Shown here: piece after piece, positions 29,185 to 38,783 of the stretch | Position numbering within the stretch: position 1 is the first letter of the stretch | Layout: each line of letters opens with the position of its first letter | From: Elusimicrobiota bacterium | GTDB lineage: Bacteria > CG03 > SLGR01 > JBDRKX01 | NCBI GenBank assembly: GCA_043813605.1 | Contig: JBDRKX010000130.1 | Coordinates: forward strand, 1-53,584 | Direction of reading: 5' to 3' | Length of the DNA: 53,584 nt | The notes under the pieces: generated by a model | The model's input: the letters and a program-made list of their open reading frames with translations, nothing else | The model's database searches: none | Told to the model about the DNA's origin: nothing | Position numbers and translations under genes: made by a program

Positions 29185-30675
29185 ATGGACAGTATAAGAG
29201 CTTATTCATCATTATACAGGCTGATCGGTTCAGATAAACAGGGCAATGATTTCTTTAAGGAAGTTGCCCGTACACTTGTCGAGAGTATTCCGAAAACAGA
29301 ATGGAATATAATCCCGCTTGTAGAATCAACAGCACAGCTTGAGTTCCCGCCAGAGATGAAGGTTCTTGAGAATATATGTGAAAAATCCCGCGAAGTCTTT
29401 GAAAACGGAAAAAGAGTTCTCTTGAAGAAGGATTTGCCGTCGGGGTATAAATGGGGTTTTATCTCTCCCCTGGTCAATATGCGGCAGAAAAAAGGTGTTG
29501 TGGTCTGCCTCGGCAAAGGGAAGAAAGAGGCGATTGCAGATACGGTCAGTGATGATATAGCTTTTGTAATACAGCAGTATCAGCTTAGACAGAAGCTGAT
29601 ACGGGATACGATGATGATGAACACTGTTGTAATGGCGTCCCAGAGTACGGCATCATCAACGGAGGTGTTCCCTATTATTAAAATACTGCGTTCTTACCTC
29701 AAGAAATACCTGGCGGCGGAAGCAGTCCGTATAATGCTGTGGGATAGGACAGGGTCGTTTTATTACGGTGATGACGGTTCAAGGATTGACATAGAGGTTC
29801 CCGAAGGGGAAAGTATAACACAGGAAGTGAGATCAACGGGCCGTCCTCTGATGCTTCAGAATGCGTATGAATATGAGACTTTTAATGCTCAAATAGACGC
29901 TATTACAGATAATGACAAGGTGCTGAATATGATCGCAGCGCCTATAGCGGTCGCGAGCGGGATTACGGGTGTTCTTATTGCAGTGAACAACGATAAGAAC
30001 AGAGTATTTGTCGGCAGCGAACTGGTCTGGGTTAAAAGCGTCTGCGGGGAAATAGGGGCGACAATCGAAAAGATCAAATTGTACGGAGATATTAATAAAC
30101 TTTTCCTTTCATCGGTGGAAGCGCTGGCAGCTGCAATTGAAGGAAAGGATCCGTATACACACGGGCACTCGCGCAGGGTTACCATGTTTTCAATGGTAAT
30201 AGGAAAAAAGCTGGGGCTCGACAAAAAAGACATAGAAGATATAAGGCTGTCTGCATTGCTTCATGATGTCGGGAAAATAGCGGTAACGGAATCTATACTT
30301 ATGAAAGAGTCCAAGCTGACAGATGATGAGTGGTATGTTATGAAGCAGCATCCTGCAAAAGGGGTTGCTATGCTGGAACCTGTAAAAGAATTTAAACGGC
30401 TTCTTCCGGGGATACGGCATCATCATGAGCGATATGACGGCACGGGATACCCGGATGGAAAGGCGGGAGAGGATATACCCCTCATAGCAAGAATAATAGC
30501 TGTAGCAGATGCTTTTGATGCTATGACATCCAAGCGTATTTACAGGGATGCAATGGCAGAAGAAAAAGCGCTAAAGGAGATAGAGCGTTGCCGCGGGAAA
30601 CAGTTTGATCCGGAGATAGCGGATATTTTTATTGATGTTTACAGAGAAAAATTCTATGCCGGGGACACAGCATGA
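29185..30675 (+). CDS. GAF-domain HD-GYP cyclic dinucleotide phosphodiesterase
   Basis: GAF-like segment, then KDPYTHGHS, LHDVGK, HHERYDGTGYP, ADAFDAMTS.R.YR, QFDP. Confidence 0.92.
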   Translation: MDSIRAYSSLYRLIGSDKQGNDFFKEVARTLVESIPKTEWNIIPLVESTAQLEFPPEMKVLENICEKSREVFENGKRVLLKKDLPSGYKWGFISPLVNMRQKKGVVVCLGKGKKEAIADTVSDDIAFVIQQYQLRQKLIRDTMMMNTVVMASQSTASSTEVFPIIKILRSYLKKYLAAEAVRIMLWDRTGSFYYGDDGSRIDIEVPEGESITQEVRSTGRPLMLQNAYEYETFNAQIDAITDNDKVLNMIAAPIAVASGITGVLIAVNNDKNRVFVGSELVWVKSVCGEIGATIEKIKLYGDINKLFLSSVEALAAAIEGKDPYTHGHSRRVTMFSMVIGKKLGLDKKDIEDIRLSALLHDVGKIAVTESILMKESKLTDDEWYVMKQHPAKGVAMLEPVKEFKRLLPGIRHHHERYDGTGYPDGKAGEDIPLIARIIAVADAFDAMTSKRIYRDAMAEEKALKEIERCRGKQFDPEIADIFIDVYREKFYAGDTA

Positions 30676-31022
30676 AGATACTTATTTGCGATGACGAATA
30701 CGCTACAAGACTGATAACAAAATCTTTCCTTGATATGCATTCCTATGATACGGTAGAAGCAGCGAATGGATTTGAGGCATTTGAAGTGATAAAAAGAGAG
30801 GCACCGGATCTCCTGATAATAGATTATTCTATGCCGGGCAAAACAGGACTTGAGGTAATAAGGGAATTGGACGGAAGATTGCCGTCAATAGTACTGACCT
30901 CAGAAGGATTCACGGAATTAACCGAAAAAGAGCTTAAAGAACAAGCGTCGGCTTATATAATAAAACCTGTGACCGAAGAAAAACTCATAGAAACTGTTAA
31001 AAGAGTGATGGGGGGGGATTGA
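30672..31022 (+). CDS. Single-domain response regulator (receiver 1)
   Basis: ICDDE, DLLIIDYSMP, LTS, IKP. No output domain. Confidence 0.9.
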   Translation: MKILICDDEYATRLITKSFLDMHSYDTVEAANGFEAFEVIKREAPDLLIIDYSMPGKTGLEVIRELDGRLPSIVLTSEGFTELTEKELKEQASAYIIKPVTEEKLIETVKRVMGGD

Positions 31023-31396
31023 TGGATAAAATAAAAATACTGATATGTGATGATGAGTATGCTACGCGGCTGGTAACAAAAGCATACCTGGAGGAATTTA
31101 ACATAGAGGTTCTTGAAGCTGCAAGCGGAGAGGAAGCGGAATCTATTATTGAAAGAGAGATGCCGGATCTCCTGATAATAGATTATTCAATGCCGGATAA
31201 GACAGGACTTGAAGTAATCCGGGAACTTGAGACGGTGCCGCCTGTAATAGTTGTATTGACTGCCGAGGGATTCAGCAGTGATATTGAAGCCGAACTGAAG
31301 AAGAACGCTGCAGGTTATCTTGTTAAGCCTCTGACTCAGGAAGTGCTGATAAAAACGGTAGAAAAAGCCCTGGGAAGAAGTCTCGATGGGAGATGA
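31022..31396 (+). CDS. Single-domain response regulator (receiver 2, paralog of receiver 1)
   Basis: ICDDE, DLLIIDYSMP, LTA, VKP. TGATG overlap with the previous gene. Confidence 0.9.
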   Translation: MDKIKILICDDEYATRLVTKAYLEEFNIEVLEAASGEEAESIIEREMPDLLIIDYSMPDKTGLEVIRELETVPPVIVVLTAEGFSSDIEAELKKNAAGYLVKPLTQEVLIKTVEKALGRSLDGR

Positions 31397-31784
31397 CAGG
31401 TTAAAGATACTTGTAGTAGATGACGAGATGTATGTGCGGCTGATAGTCAAGGCATATCTTTCGCCCTATAAAGTGGAAATAATAGAAGCTGTTGACGGGA
31501 AAGAAGGGCTGGATATTTTGAGAGAAGATTATGCAGAAATTGATCTTGTCATCCTGGATAATACTATGCCGATGATGACAGGGCAGGAAGTGCTCGACGA
31601 GATGAACAATGATGAAAACCTCGGTAAGATCCCTGTTATAGTATATACCGCGGGAGGCATAGGGCGGGATCTGGAGGCGCATTTAAAAGTGTCATCTTCA
31701 GCATTTCTTGAAAAATCAAACCTGGGAGACGACCTTATTCCAACAATAAAGGGGATACTGGGCGACCGTCTAGAAAATAATTGA
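31386..31784 (+). CDS. Single-domain response regulator (receiver 3)
   Basis: VVDDE, DLVILDNTMP, YTA, LEK. Confidence 0.9.
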   Translation: MGDDRLKILVVDDEMYVRLIVKAYLSPYKVEIIEAVDGKEGLDILREDYAEIDLVILDNTMPMMTGQEVLDEMNNDENLGKIPVIVYTAGGIGRDLEAHLKVSSSAFLEKSNLGDDLIPTIKGILGDRLENN

Positions 31785-33898
31785 AGATAAAACTTCTTTA
31801 TAAATTCATTATCGTGCTGGTACTGATATCTGTAGTCCCTCTTTCGATAGTCGGGTTTAAGATGGTCAATATTAATAAGGTTACACTGGAAGAAGCAATT
31901 CTTTATAAACACACAAATACCGCAGAGTTTCTTGCAGGCGGTATAGACAGTTTTGTAATGGCCTTAAGGGAAAAACTGCTTTTTCTTATTTCTGCGCAGT
32001 CCATTCAGACACTTGATAATAGAACAAAGGAGACTTTGATAAAATCACTTTTATCATCATCTGACTATTTTATTTCAGTTTCGGTGCTGAATGCCGAGGG
32101 CCAGGAGATATTAAAAGCATATAATCAGGATTATGTCGAAGAAGCGAAGATAAGGGACCTGGCGGGAAGCGAACTTTTTAAGAAGGCGGCGGGCGGTGCC
32201 GCCGTAGGCGATGTCTATGAAAATTTTTCCGAACCGAGAATAGATGTTATATATCCGGTACATAATGAATACGTCTATGTATCATGTACTCTGGCCAAGC
32301 TCTGGAAAGATATAAGGGATACCAGTATAGGTAAGAAAGCAGATGTATTTCTTGTTGACAGTTCGGGTAAAATACTGTGTCATACTGACCCTGCTATGGA
32401 AGGTGAAATTTCTGCAATACCGCCGGTCAGGGCAGTACTGGAAAGGGCAAGTCTGGGCAGCATGGAATATGGAGGTGAAGAAAATAGGATGGTAGGTGCT
32501 TATGCACCCGTAGAAAGCATGGGGTGGGGCATGGTTACACAGCAGCCTTATGGATTCGCTTATGAATCTGCAATAGAAATGAGAAATAATGCGAATAGAT
32601 GGATAATAATTGCCATTGTATTGGCTGTAATAGTCTCTTATATTCTGGCCATGGGTCTGACCGGGCCCATATTCAAACTTATAAAAGGAGCAAGTAAAGT
32701 CGCTGATGGAGATTTTGATAGTACTGTGATTGTAAATACCGGCGATGAATTAGAGATGCTTTCAGATACTTTTAATAGTATGGTTATTTCACTTAAGAAC
32801 TACGATGAGATGCAGATCGACAGGATAATTGCAGAAAAGACCAAAACAGAGTCTATCGTTTTTTCGATCGAAGACGGCATAGTATTAACAGATTTCAACG
32901 GAAAAATAATGCTGGTGAACGATCGGGCAAGGGAACTCCTTGATATCGAAAAAAATCCGGCTGAAGATGATGATATATTCGATTATATAAAGGGAAAGGA
33001 ACTTGTGGAGGTGTTTAAGGATGTCAGGGAAGCGGAAATAGAGCTCTTCAGCGGAGAAAAGAGGAAGGTAATAAAAGCCATAACAAAAGATGTTATGACG
33101 ACAAAAGGAAAAAATATCGGCAAGATGCGTATAATCAGGGATATTACACTGGAGAAAGAGATTGAAGAAGTCAGAGATACATTTATTAATTCGATAACTC
33201 ACGATCTGCGTAATCCTATATCAAGTATGATAGGTACTCTCGATATAATAACAAACGGCATGCTGGGGCCGGTTAACGAGAAACAGCTTGAGTTCCTTAA
33301 TAATGTGAAGCGGTCTTCGAAGCGGCTTGAAAGACTGGCAAATGATATACTGGATGCGGCAAAAGTGGATGCCGGCAGACTGGAGCTGGAACTGGAAGAG
33401 ACGGATTTTAGGGAAGTAGTGGAAGAGGTGGTTATGTTTATGCAGTGGGAAGCCACTGAGAGAAACCAGGATCTGAAAAGCGAGTTCAGCGGGGAATTCG
33501 GACGAATATTTATTGACAGGGATATGCTGTACAGGATATTGATCAACCTCGTTGGGAATGCGATGAAATTTGTTCCGCGCGGTGGATCTGTGACAATAAA
33601 AGCAGTTGGGAAAGAAGAGTTTATAGAAGTTGCCATAATAGATACGGGCAGTGGAATTCCTCCTGAATATATTGATAGGATATTTGATAAATATCAGCAG
33701 GTAGAGGGTGAAATGAAAAGGCGCGGCACGGGACTCGGCCTTTTTATATGCAAGGAAGTGGTCCGTGCGCATTTGGGGGAAATCTGGGCTGAATCCGAGG
33801 AGGATAAAGGAACAAGTATTATATTCAGGATCCCGTGGGAATTGAAGAAAACAAAAGATGGCGGGATATTTGTGGGCGAAAAACCGGAAAACACATGA
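31781..33898 (+). CDS. Sensor histidine kinase 1 (TM-Cache-like-TM-HAMP-PAS-HisKA-HATPase)
   Basis: FLVDSSG.I..H (Cache-like), HAMP GP..KL...DELE.L..FN, THDLRNP, NLVGNAMKF, DTGSGI, GTGLGL. Confidence 0.92.
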   Translation: MKIKLLYKFIIVLVLISVVPLSIVGFKMVNINKVTLEEAILYKHTNTAEFLAGGIDSFVMALREKLLFLISAQSIQTLDNRTKETLIKSLLSSSDYFISVSVLNAEGQEILKAYNQDYVEEAKIRDLAGSELFKKAAGGAAVGDVYENFSEPRIDVIYPVHNEYVYVSCTLAKLWKDIRDTSIGKKADVFLVDSSGKILCHTDPAMEGEISAIPPVRAVLERASLGSMEYGGEENRMVGAYAPVESMGWGMVTQQPYGFAYESAIEMRNNANRWIIIAIVLAVIVSYILAMGLTGPIFKLIKGASKVADGDFDSTVIVNTGDELEMLSDTFNSMVISLKNYDEMQIDRIIAEKTKTESIVFSIEDGIVLTDFNGKIMLVNDRARELLDIEKNPAEDDDIFDYIKGKELVEVFKDVREAEIELFSGEKRKVIKAITKDVMTTKGKNIGKMRIIRDITLEKEIEEVRDTFINSITHDLRNPISSMIGTLDIITNGMLGPVNEKQLEFLNNVKRSSKRLERLANDILDAAKVDAGRLELELEETDFREVVEEVVMFMQWEATERNQDLKSEFSGEFGRIFIDRDMLYRILINLVGNAMKFVPRGGSVTIKAVGKEEFIEVAIIDTGSGIPPEYIDRIFDKYQQVEGEMKRRGTGLGLFICKEVVRAHLGEIWAESEEDKGTSIIFRIPWELKKTKDGGIFVGEKPENT

Positions 33899-35181
33899 TG
33901 AAAAAGCAATATTCAGGATATAAAAGTTGTTTCATTATACTGTTAATAATAGTCTTTTTTGCCCCGGTGCGGCTATCAGCAGGATTGGTAGAAGTGGAAG
34001 TCAGGGAAGGAGATACACTTCACTCTTTTGCCAGGAAATACCTGAAAGATGCTGCCGACTGGCCTAAAATATACGAATTGAATAATTCCACGATAAAGAA
34101 TCCTAACATAATATACCCCGGCCAGATAGTCTTAGTACCCATAGAAATGCTAAAGGAAAAAGTAGGCGATCTCACGGGTCTTGAAAAAAGCGTAAAGATC
34201 AAAAAAATCAAAAAAGATTGGCGGCCTGGTGAATTCGGAGAAAGGCTTTTCCCTGAAGAAGGTATTCAGACCGGAGAAAAAGCTTTTGCAAGAGTAGATT
34301 TTCTTGCCGGGGGCAGCCTTAAAGTGTACGAGCATTCACTTGTTTTTCTTAAACATGCGGCTAAAAAGAACGCTGTGGCTTCTCTTCTGGGCGGTGGGAT
34401 AAACGCAGAAAAAATAAAAGTAGTAACACCTGCGGGAGAGGTAAATCCGCAGACAGAAGAGTCTGAATATGATGTGGCTGTCGAAGAGGATAATAAAACA
34501 AAGGTAAGTGTGCACAGCGGTGAAGTTAAGGTAAAACCCCAAATTACCGGTGTTGCGCAATGGTCAAAAGAAGTAGAAGAAAAAGCGGTAATTATCAAAA
34601 AGGGATATAGGACAATAGTAAAACCGGAAAAGGAACCTGAAGCACCAAAACTTCTTCCTGAATCCGGAGAAAAGGCACTGCAAAATATCGGTATGGCTGC
34701 TGCAGGTAAAGAAATCAAGTTCCTGCTACAGGTCTCTAAGTCTGATAATTTTAAGATAATACTGAAACACGAAGAAGCCTACGATCTGAGCCCGGAGTAT
34801 ATAGAAAAGGAACTTTCACCTGGCAGATACTATTGGAGAGCAGCTGTAATGGATAATGATGGTTTTAGTGGCGCTTTTTCAAAACCGAGGAGTTTTGTAA
34901 TAAAAACGTCGGATCCCTTTGTAGAACTATATGAGTTTGAAGAGTCTGGGCATAATAGGTCGCTTTTAAAAGTTAACGGTTACGCAATGAACGTCTGGGA
35001 CATCTCTATTAATAACAATCCTGCAACAATGACAGAGTCAGGAGAGCTGGAAGCACTTATATTGCTGCCCAACAGGATATCGATGGTTGCAGGGTGCAAG
35101 GAAGGTGTCATAATCAAGAAATACCATAAAAAATATGATGAAGTATGGGTGCCGGCAGGAGATGTTTTCTTAAGAAGATAA
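33895..35181 (+). CDS. Exported LysM-FecR domain protein 1
   Basis: Signal-peptide-like N-terminus, LysM VREGDTLH...IKNPNIIYPGQ, FecR-like IQTG..A...F..GG.L....S...TPAG...T.VSV..GEV.V, beta-rich tail with YYWRA. Confidence 0.8.
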   Translation: MMKKQYSGYKSCFIILLIIVFFAPVRLSAGLVEVEVREGDTLHSFARKYLKDAADWPKIYELNNSTIKNPNIIYPGQIVLVPIEMLKEKVGDLTGLEKSVKIKKIKKDWRPGEFGERLFPEEGIQTGEKAFARVDFLAGGSLKVYEHSLVFLKHAAKKNAVASLLGGGINAEKIKVVTPAGEVNPQTEESEYDVAVEEDNKTKVSVHSGEVKVKPQITGVAQWSKEVEEKAVIIKKGYRTIVKPEKEPEAPKLLPESGEKALQNIGMAAAGKEIKFLLQVSKSDNFKIILKHEEAYDLSPEYIEKELSPGRYYWRAAVMDNDGFSGAFSKPRSFVIKTSDPFVELYEFEESGHNRSLLKVNGYAMNVWDISINNNPATMTESGELEALILLPNRISMVAGCKEGVIIKKYHKKYDEVWVPAGDVFLRR

Positions 35182-35219
35182 AGCAGATACGATGTTATTA
35201 ATACGCCAGGAGGTCTTTA

Positions 35220-35678
35220 ATGGATAATAAGAGTGGTACTGATAAAGAGCGCAGGAGCAGATTAGTCCGGATAGTGCCCGGGGAGATAAAAAAACTGCAG
35301 TTCAAGTTTTTTAGGCTGATAGCGCTAAGTCTGGTGATTTCTATTCTGCTGGGCGCATTGGGTTTTTATGGGGTAAAACATCTGGTATTAAGTACAGCTG
35401 AACTGGGGCCTTATGCAGAATCCAGGCTCAAGGAGGTCGATATCTGGATGAACTGGCTTTTCTTGGCTGTTATATGTATTTCAGTAATGATCGGAGGATT
35501 GCTCAGTTTACGGCTTTCAAGCAGAATAGCCGGTCCGATATACCGGATTAAAATAATTCTCAGGGAAGTACTTAATACGGGAAAACCCGTGGAGATCAGA
35601 ATACGTCCAAAGGATGAATTCCAGGAACTCGTAGAACTGCTGAACAAGATCATAATGAAAATGGATAAAAATGAATAG
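35220..35678 (+). CDS. Small membrane protein with two TM helices and a stand-alone HAMP domain
   Basis: SSRIAGPIYRI...IRIRPKDEFQELVELLN. Strong RBS AGGAGG. Confidence 0.75.
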   Translation: MDNKSGTDKERRSRLVRIVPGEIKKLQFKFFRLIALSLVISILLGALGFYGVKHLVLSTAELGPYAESRLKEVDIWMNWLFLAVICISVMIGGLLSLRLSSRIAGPIYRIKIILREVLNTGKPVEIRIRPKDEFQELVELLNKIIMKMDKNE

Positions 35679-36651
35679 ACTTGTATTTATTATCGTGTTA
35701 TTGTTTTTTGCGGCTCTAGCCGCTAACCTGCAGGCAGAAGATCTAGTGGAGGTGAAATACGGAGAGTATTCATTTCACATAAATCCATTCAGGATGGAAC
35801 AGATTGAAAAATCAGAAGAAGAAATTCATTCTGTTTATGTTAATTCGGGAATATACGATTTTTCGGACAGAAAGTATGCTTTTGGGAAACTGAATGAACT
35901 TAGGAAAAATGATATTCGTACGCGTTTGAAGGTTATGGTCCTTCCGATAAACGAGCTTGTAGTTTATATATCATTTCCTGACGGCGGTAATATGCTGGTT
36001 TTGATGGGTGAGAAAATTATAGCACGGGATATCGTCTCTACTATTGAAAAATTACTTATTAAAAAGGATGAAGCGCATGTGATGAAACTAATGGGCTGGA
36101 AGCCAAGGGTCGACTGGCTTGTAATACCTTCGGCGCGCAATGTCGATCTCACTGCAATAAAAATGCTAGTCGCAGAGTTTAATGTTAAGGAAATAATAAC
36201 TCCCTCCGGGATGGATTGCACATTCTTTTACAATAGGAGACATGCCTGGACAACTATAGAAAAGGGTGCTCAAAAAAAGCTCGTAGCCGATATGGAAATT
36301 GATCTGCTGCAGGCTGAATCACCTGTGAAGATGGTCTCTTACGGTACTCCGGATTTCAATAAACACAGCTTAATGCTTAAACTCTCGTATATTGATTTTA
36401 GTTTTCTTTTTGTACCGGATATAACCGAATCCGAACAAAAGAGCATAGTAGAAAAATACGGAGAAAGACTAAGGAGTACTATTCTTTTTTCGAGCGGAGA
36501 TTATGACAGCATAAATAGCGGATTTATGGAAGCTGTGGATCCGGGATTTGTCGTTCCTGAAGGTTTTAAGTTCAGGTTTTCTACAGGGGGCTATCTCCTG
36601 AAGGTACTGGAAGATATGCCTATAGATTATGATGTGATAGATGCAAGATAA
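35671..36651 (+). CDS. Exported ComEC/Rec2-like metallo-beta-lactamase-fold protein, metal ligands absent
   Basis: Signal peptide. FPDGGNMLV, VDWLVIP, NKHSLMLKLSY..FSFLFVPD and LRSTIL follow the ComEC MBL motif order. Confidence 0.6.
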   Translation: MNRLVFIIVLLFFAALAANLQAEDLVEVKYGEYSFHINPFRMEQIEKSEEEIHSVYVNSGIYDFSDRKYAFGKLNELRKNDIRTRLKVMVLPINELVVYISFPDGGNMLVLMGEKIIARDIVSTIEKLLIKKDEAHVMKLMGWKPRVDWLVIPSARNVDLTAIKMLVAEFNVKEIITPSGMDCTFFYNRRHAWTTIEKGAQKKLVADMEIDLLQAESPVKMVSYGTPDFNKHSLMLKLSYIDFSFLFVPDITESEQKSIVEKYGERLRSTILFSSGDYDSINSGFMEAVDPGFVVPEGFKFRFSTGGYLLKVLEDMPIDYDVIDAR

Positions 36652-36693
36652 TGCGAATAGTATAAGCAGGTCTTGTAAACAGAAGATTAGATC

Positions 36694-38763
36694 ATGAAGC
36701 TACTTTATAAATTTATACTGGTGATGGTTTTCATCGCCGTAATACCCATGTCGTTCGTGGGTATGAAGATGATAAATATAAATAAGTTTGCGCTGGAAGA
36801 GTCTATACGTCATAATCATATAACCACGGCAAAGTTTCTGGCCCGCGGAATAGACGATTTTGTCGCGGCGCTCAGAGAAAAACTGCTGTTCCTTATATCT
36901 TCCCAATCGGTTAATGCGCTGGATTTTAAGGGGAAACAGGCTCTTATCCAGGCACTGCTTTCATCAACTGATTATTTTATAGCTGTATCAATGGTAAATA
37001 ACTCGGGAGAAGAATTTGTAAAGACATATCATCCGGATTATCTGAAAGAAGCCGAGATCAAGGGAATTGCGGATACCGAACTTTTTCAAAAAGCAAGGTC
37101 TGGCCCGGCAGTCAGCGGGATATATAGAAAGAATTCTCAGCCCAGAATGGATATTATATATCCTTTAGGCACGGAATTCGTATATATAACAATAACGCTT
37201 GATAAGATATGGCAGGAGATAAAAAGCGCTGAAATCGGAAAAGAGGCGATAGCTTTTCTTGTTGATAAAAATGGCCTGCTGCTTGCTCATCCGGATCCAT
37301 CGAAAGAAGGCAAAAAACTTAATATCCCCCCCGTAGAAGCCGTATTGACAAGAGCGAGTTTGGGGAGTATGGAGTATGATACAGCCGACGGCCGTATGAT
37401 AGGGGCTTATTCTCCGGTGGAAAGTATGGGTTGGGGAGTAGTTACTCAGCAGCCGTACGAATATGCGTATGAATCGGCTATTGAGATGAAGAAAAATGCT
37501 CTCAAGTGGGTTGTCCTTTCGGTTCTTTTCGCCGTATTGATAGCATATTTGTTTGCCAGGGGACTGTCCGGTCCTATTATGAAACTTGTTAAGGGGGCCC
37601 AGCTTGTCGCTGCGGGTGATTTCAGCAATACGATAGAGGTTAAGACACGCGATGAACTCAATGTGCTCTCAAAGACATTCAATAACATGGTAGCCTCGCT
37701 TAAAAAATATAATGAGATGCAGATAGATAAGATAATAGCTGAGAGGACAAAAACTGAATCAATAATATTCTCTATTGACGACGGAATAGTCCTTACCGAC
37801 TTCGAAGGAAAGATCATGCTGGTTAATAAAAGGGCAGAGGAATTGCTTGATATGGGAAAAGAGCCGGTGGAAGGGGCTTCTATATTCGATTATATAGAAG
37901 GAGAAGAGCTTCAAAGAGTCTTTTCTGAGATCAGCGAATCTGAAATAGATCTTTCTACGGGAGGAGAGAGAAAGATCATAAGGGCTATAACTGAGGATGT
38001 AAGAACGGCCGGCGGAAAAGAAATAGGGAAAATGCGTGTGATAAGGGATATAACGCTTCAAAAAGAGATAGAAGAGATAAAGGAAAGATTCCTGCAATCC
38101 ATAACTCATGATCTTAAGAACCCGCTGGCAGCCATAATAGGCATGTCGGATCTCTTAAAGCGGATGCGTGGAGAAGAGATAAAAGAAAAAGAGGAAAAAT
38201 ATTTTGAAGTTTTGAAACAAGAAGCGGAACGCCTTATGGGTATGATCAATGATATACTCAGTCTTGCCAAACTCGAGGCCGGGAAAATGGAGATCGTAAG
38301 AACAAAATTCGATGTTTCTCAGGTAATAACGGAGATAAAGTACGCGTTTACTGCACAGGCAGAAAATTCAGGTATTAAAATAGAGACGGTACTTCAGGAA
38401 CAACCTATGGTAATAAATGCGGATAAAAACCTCATAAAGCGTGTTGTAATCAACCTGCTCGGGAATTCACTTAAATATACTTCCAGAGGAGGCGCAGTTA
38501 CGATGAAGGTCGAAAAGGAGGTGTCCGGAGTCTCGATATATATCATTGATAACGGAGAAGGTATGCCCCGGGATATGTGTGAAAAGATATTTGACAGATT
38601 CCAGCAGATCAGAGGTCAGTCTAAAGGAGGGACGGGTATCGGGCTCAATGTCTCCAAAGAGATCATTGAGGCACATGGAGGAAAGATATGGGCGGAATCG
38701 GAGCTGGGCAAAGGATCGGTATTTATATTTACACTTCCGGATGAGAGTCTTATTGACAATTAG
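36694..38763 (+). CDS. Sensor histidine kinase 2 (paralog of kinase 1)
   Basis: Same architecture as kinase 1. THDLKNP, NLLGNSLKY, DNGEGM, GTGIGL. Confidence 0.92.
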   Translation: MKLLYKFILVMVFIAVIPMSFVGMKMININKFALEESIRHNHITTAKFLARGIDDFVAALREKLLFLISSQSVNALDFKGKQALIQALLSSTDYFIAVSMVNNSGEEFVKTYHPDYLKEAEIKGIADTELFQKARSGPAVSGIYRKNSQPRMDIIYPLGTEFVYITITLDKIWQEIKSAEIGKEAIAFLVDKNGLLLAHPDPSKEGKKLNIPPVEAVLTRASLGSMEYDTADGRMIGAYSPVESMGWGVVTQQPYEYAYESAIEMKKNALKWVVLSVLFAVLIAYLFARGLSGPIMKLVKGAQLVAAGDFSNTIEVKTRDELNVLSKTFNNMVASLKKYNEMQIDKIIAERTKTESIIFSIDDGIVLTDFEGKIMLVNKRAEELLDMGKEPVEGASIFDYIEGEELQRVFSEISESEIDLSTGGERKIIRAITEDVRTAGGKEIGKMRVIRDITLQKEIEEIKERFLQSITHDLKNPLAAIIGMSDLLKRMRGEEIKEKEEKYFEVLKQEAERLMGMINDILSLAKLEAGKMEIVRTKFDVSQVITEIKYAFTAQAENSGIKIETVLQEQPMVINADKNLIKRVVINLLGNSLKYTSRGGAVTMKVEKEVSGVSIYIIDNGEGMPRDMCEKIFDRFQQIRGQSKGGTGIGLNVSKEIIEAHGGKIWAESELGKGSVFIFTLPDESLIDN

Positions 38764-38783
38764 ATAGCCGTGGAGAATGTATT

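Noticed and set aside
30672-31784. Chemotaxis (CheY) operon
   Set aside because: No cheA, cheW, cheR, cheB or MCP genes in the window.
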